A stretch of DNA of 64,000 bases, from positions 3,748 to 67,747 of the forward strand of contig NZ_WFYD01000062.1 of the NCBI RefSeq assembly GCF_015490265.1, read 5' to 3'. Shown one piece after another: positions 60,763-64,000 of this stretch. The position numbers and the translations under genes are program-made. Below the pieces are notes generated by a model that saw only the letters and a program-made list of their open reading frames with translations, was not told the DNA's origin and ran no database searches. Positions within the stretch are counted from its first letter, which is position 1. Each line of letters opens with the position of its first letter. This DNA is from Sulfurivirga sp. (GTDB lineage: Bacteria; Pseudomonadota; Gammaproteobacteria; Thiomicrospirales; Thiomicrospiraceae).

Positions 60763-62774
60763 GTCGTGCGCCCGCCCGTCCCGTGCCATTGCGACGGCTG
60801 GTGCTGCAGCTGGGCCTGCTGCTGGTGACCGTTCTTCTGGTGCTGGGCGGCGGATTTGCCTTTTTCACCTATCAGGAGGTGCTTGAGAAGGCCAGCCACG
60901 AAATCCAGAGCGCCCATACCCAGCTGGTGTTCGATCTGCGCCGCAACCTTTCCCGGAAGGATCGTCGCAGCCTGACCAGTCTGCTTCAGCAGTATGTCTA
61001 CAGCCATCCGGTCTTCAGACGCATTGATCTCGTGATGGATGACGAGCGGGGCCGTCGGCTGATCGCCAGCAGCCGGCTCAATGCGACCACACTCCGCACG
61101 CTCACGCACTGCAGGCCTCTGGCCCGGCCGCCGGCGCTGGACTTTTCTACCGAATGTCTCGTTGGGCGGCTGCGCATCTTCGATGCCCATGAAAATCGCA
61201 TGAGGCCACTTACGGTTGCCTATACCGTCAACCGACAGCATCTGCTCAATCACTTTCTGCCCTATCTGACCTTTGTGACGCTGGAGCTGCTGTTCGCGCT
61301 GGCATTCATCTGGTGGCTGCTGCGCAGGGTGCGTCAGACGCTGCAGCGTCCCATGGAAAAGCTGGCAAAAGTGGTGGAGCAGACCCACAGCGAGTTCCAG
61401 TTGCCCGCCCAGCTGCCGGTGGAGGAGCTGGCCCGCCTGAGCGAGCGCTTTGCCGAATATCACCGTCGACAGAGGGAGATGCACGACGAGCTCTACCGTC
61501 TGGCCATGGAGGACAGCCTCACCGGCGTGCTCAACCGGCGCGGCATCGTCGAAGAGCTGGACCGGCTGGTGGCCAGCTGTCCCCACAGTGATCAGGTGGT
61601 GGTCATGCTGGTGGACATTGACAACTTCAAGACCATCAACGAGTTGTATGGCCATGCCGCGGGAGATGAGTTGCTGCGCCATCTGGCCCGTGCCTGCCGG
61701 TCGCAGCGCAGTAGTGCCCGGCTGGGGCGGCTGGGCGGTGATGAGTTCCTGCTGGTGTGGTGTCAGTCGAAAAGCGAACCGGTCAATCCCAGGCTGCCCC
61801 GACTCAAGGTGACGCTGCCGGAGGCGGGCGAGATCGAGGCCAGTTGCAGCGCCGGTGTGGCCTGCTGGCCGGATCATGGCCAGAACGTGGACGAACTGCT
61901 GCAGGCGGTGGATGTGGCCCTGCTGGAGTGCAAGCGGCAGGGCGGCGGACATGTGCGCTGGTTCGACAAGGCGATGCAGGCGCGCATGCTGCGCGAGGCG
62001 CAGCTGCGCATGGACATGCACCGGGCGCTGGAGGAGGGCTGGTTCCATCTGGTCTATCAGCCACAGGTGGAGACACGGGAGGGGCGCATCGTCGCCTTCG
62101 AGGCGCTGGCGCGGCTGGAGCATCCGGAATTCGGGCCCGTCTCGCCGGCGGAGTTCATTCCCCTGGTGGAGAACTCCGCGCATGCCCGCGCCTTCGGCGA
62201 GTGGGTGGTGGACACGGCGTTGCGCTTTCTCGCCGGGCTGAAGGATAACGGGCGAGTGTGCATCTCCCTCAATATCCACAGGCAGATGCTGGAGCCGGCA
62301 TTCATCGGCATGATCGCCTCGCGCTGCGAGGCACTGGGGCTGTCACCCTCACAGGTGATTCTGGAGCTGCTGGAGCGGGATGCGCTCATCACCCATCTGG
62401 GAGAGCACGCCGAGCTGCTGGCCGAAATCGAGCGCCACGGCATGCATCTGGCCATCGACGATTTCGGCACAGGCTATTCGGCGCTGGGCTATCTGGACCG
62501 CCTGCCGGTGGACGAGCTGAAGGTGGACCGCAGTTTCGTGCTGGCGCTCAACGAGCAGGGTGACGCGCCCCTGCTGCGCGTGGTTCGCCAGTTGGCCGAG
62601 ACGCTGGAGATGGAGGCGGTGGTGGAGGGCGTGGAAAGCGCTCTGCAACTCCAGCGCCTGCGTCAGATGGGCTACAGCCGCTTTCAGGGCTTCCTGTTCA
62701 GCCGCCCGCTGCCGGAGAATGAGGCGCGCGCGCTTTTCGAGTCCTCGCCGGCACCGTTCGCTTCCCTGCTCTGA
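60759..62774 (+). CDS. membrane-anchored GGDEF-EAL c-di-GMP signalling protein
   Basis: It has two TM segments flanking a periplasmic region of about 180 aa. The GGDEF domain reads RLGGDEFLLV. The EAL domain shows FEALARLEH, DDFGTGYSALGYL, EGVES and QGFLFSRP. The ATG overlaps the upstream stop (ATGA). Confidence 0.88.
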   Translation: MSRAPARPVPLRRLVLQLGLLLVTVLLVLGGGFAFFTYQEVLEKASHEIQSAHTQLVFDLRRNLSRKDRRSLTSLLQQYVYSHPVFRRIDLVMDDERGRRLIASSRLNATTLRTLTHCRPLARPPALDFSTECLVGRLRIFDAHENRMRPLTVAYTVNRQHLLNHFLPYLTFVTLELLFALAFIWWLLRRVRQTLQRPMEKLAKVVEQTHSEFQLPAQLPVEELARLSERFAEYHRRQREMHDELYRLAMEDSLTGVLNRRGIVEELDRLVASCPHSDQVVVMLVDIDNFKTINELYGHAAGDELLRHLARACRSQRSSARLGRLGGDEFLLVWCQSKSEPVNPRLPRLKVTLPEAGEIEASCSAGVACWPDHGQNVDELLQAVDVALLECKRQGGGHVRWFDKAMQARMLREAQLRMDMHRALEEGWFHLVYQPQVETREGRIVAFEALARLEHPEFGPVSPAEFIPLVENSAHARAFGEWVVDTALRFLAGLKDNGRVCISLNIHRQMLEPAFIGMIASRCEALGLSPSQVILELLERDALITHLGEHAELLAEIERHGMHLAIDDFGTGYSALGYLDRLPVDELKVDRSFVLALNEQGDAPLLRVVRQLAETLEMEAVVEGVESALQLQRLRQMGYSRFQGFLFSRPLPENEARALFESSPAPFASLL

Positions 62775-62787
62775 ACGGGGCTTTCCT

Positions 62788-62816
62788 TTGCCTGCCCGGA
62801 AGTCCACCCGTATAAT
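62788..62816 (+). promoter_or_regulatory. candidate sigma-70 promoter of modA
   Basis: TTGCCT (62788-62793), 17 nt spacer, TATAAT (62811-62816). The small palindrome ATAA-N7-TTAT overlaps the -10 element and could be a ModE-type site. Confidence 0.4.
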
Positions 62817-62845
62817 CAGGCGTTATTTCTCACCGGATATCACGC

Positions 62846-63589
62846 ATGCGCGCGCTGCTTGTTCTGTCTCTCTTGCTGCTTGTCGTGCCCGTTCGCGCCG
62901 AGCCGCCATTGCTGGCGGCTTCGGCGGCCAACTTCGCCGACACCCTGCGGGATCTGGCCGCCCTCTACCGGCAGCGCGGTGGGGCAGAAGTCAGGGTTGT
63001 CACCGGCTCCACCGGCCGACTGTTCCACCAGCTGGCTCATGGGGCGCCCTATGGACTCTTTTTCGCCGCCGATGTGGCGCGACCGGACAAGCTGCACCGC
63101 ATGGGACGGGCCGGGGTGCCGCAGGTCTATGCCCTGGGTCGGCTGGTGCTGTGGTCGCCCAGCGGCGAGCCACTGGCTCGGCTCCGCAGGGGGGATTTCC
63201 GTCATCTGGCCATGGCCAATCCGCGCACCGCACCCTATGGTCTGGCGGCCCGGCAGACACTGAAAAAGCTGGGGCTGTGGCCGCGCTACGCCGCCCGCAC
63301 CGTGCGGGGCGAAAATGTTGGGCAGGCGTTCGAGTATGTGCGCAGCGGCAATGCCGAGCTGGGGTTCGTGGCCCTGAGTCAGGCGGTGCGGGCACGCCTG
63401 CCGGCGGCGCAGCTGTGGCAGGTGCCGGCGGATCATCACGCGCCACTGGCGCAGGCGGCGGTGGTCACCGCCCGTGACCCGGCGCAGCGTGAGCGGGCGC
63501 GCGCCTTTCTCGACTTTGTGCTGCACGATCCGGCGGCACGGACGCTGATCCGCCGCCATGGCTATGACCTGCCGGAGGAGAGCGGATGA
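62846..63589 (+). CDS. modA: molybdate ABC transporter periplasmic binding protein
   Basis: A signal peptide is present, then AASAANFADTL...VTGSTGRLFHQLAHGAPYGLFFAAD...NPRTAPYGLAARQTLKKLGLW. Confidence 0.85.
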   Translation: MRALLVLSLLLLVVPVRAEPPLLAASAANFADTLRDLAALYRQRGGAEVRVVTGSTGRLFHQLAHGAPYGLFFAADVARPDKLHRMGRAGVPQVYALGRLVLWSPSGEPLARLRRGDFRHLAMANPRTAPYGLAARQTLKKLGLWPRYAARTVRGENVGQAFEYVRSGNAELGFVALSQAVRARLPAAQLWQVPADHHAPLAQAAVVTARDPAQRERARAFLDFVLHDPAARTLIRRHGYDLPEESG

Positions 63590-64000
63590 TGGAAGAAAGG
63601 GTGGCGCTGTTCGGTGGGCTGATGGCGCTGATCATGCTGCTCAATCTGCTGCTGGGCGTGATCAGCGTGGTGTGGGTCTGGCGGTATCGGTCGCTTTCCC
63701 GCCTGCTGGCGCAGCGGCCGCCGGAGCACCCGCGGCAGGGGCGCTGGGCGCTGTGGCTCATGGTGCCGGCCATCAGTGCGGCGGCCTTTTCCATGTTCCT
63801 GCTGGGGCCGGTGGGACTGGTGCTGCTGCTGGTGCTCGTCGTGATGTGGATCGTGCTGGTGATACGCAGGCCGTGGCATGCGCTGGCGCTGGGCGGGCCT
63901 GACGGGCGCTCGCAGCTGATGGTCATGCTGGTCGCCGGACTGGTGGGTGGCATGCTGATCGACTGGCTGCGCGTGGCCGTTCCGGGCGATCTGCCGCAGG
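63586..64000 (+). CDS. membrane protein of unknown function, 3' end outside the window; not ModB-like at its N-terminus
   Basis: The ATG overlaps the modA stop (ATGA). The frame is open with high GC3 to the window end, 138 codons. The translation MMEERVALFGGLMALIMLLNLLLGVISVVWVW...LLLVLVVMWIVLVI has at least 3 hydrophobic segments. It is absent from the ORF track because it has no stop. Confidence 0.55.
   Translation, partial: MMEERVALFGGLMALIMLLNLLLGVISVVWVWRYRSLSRLLAQRPPEHPRQGRWALWLMVPAISAAAFSMFLLGPVGLVLLLVLVVMWIVLVIRRPWHALALGGPDGRSQLMVMLVAGLVGGMLIDWLRVAVPGDLPQ

Overview
High-GC (about 65%), gene-dense chromosomal segment, probably gammaproteobacterial. The backbone follows a Pseudomonas-like order: lgt-thyA-folA, mutS, pssA-leuA, holD-like/rimI, suhB / trmJ-cysE-iscR-iscA-ndk-rlmN-hisS-yfgM-bamB-der, rsgA / orn, ilvIHC, ppsA, purEK, modA. 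I support about 60 protein-coding genes, two disrupted genes and no rRNA, tRNA, CRISPR or IS/transposase genes. Small accessory modules interrupt the backbone: a TonB-dependent receptor with a NapH-like polyferredoxin membrane protein; two monoheme cytochromes c with a split YeeE/YedE sulfur transporter; a BrnT-type toxin-antitoxin pair; a plasma-membrane-type H+ P-ATPase start/stop-overlapped with ppsA; and an ArsR-controlled metalloid-type island carrying an unusual poly-Cys protein and the remnant of a collapsed RND efflux operon. The main feature not explained by genes is a dispersed repeat family. Its core is ACGGGGTCTCCCCCATTTTTGC, with units of roughly 65-100 nt and at least 16 copies at 8 loci. 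It sits almost only at module boundaries, forms a 4-unit tandem array, brackets the TonB-receptor module as direct composite repeats, and appears once to be translated in frame inside the holD-like gene. All calls come from reading the translations and sequence by eye. No database search was run, so family names rest on recalled motifs. The long antisense ORFs in the track are high-GC shadow ORFs and were not called.
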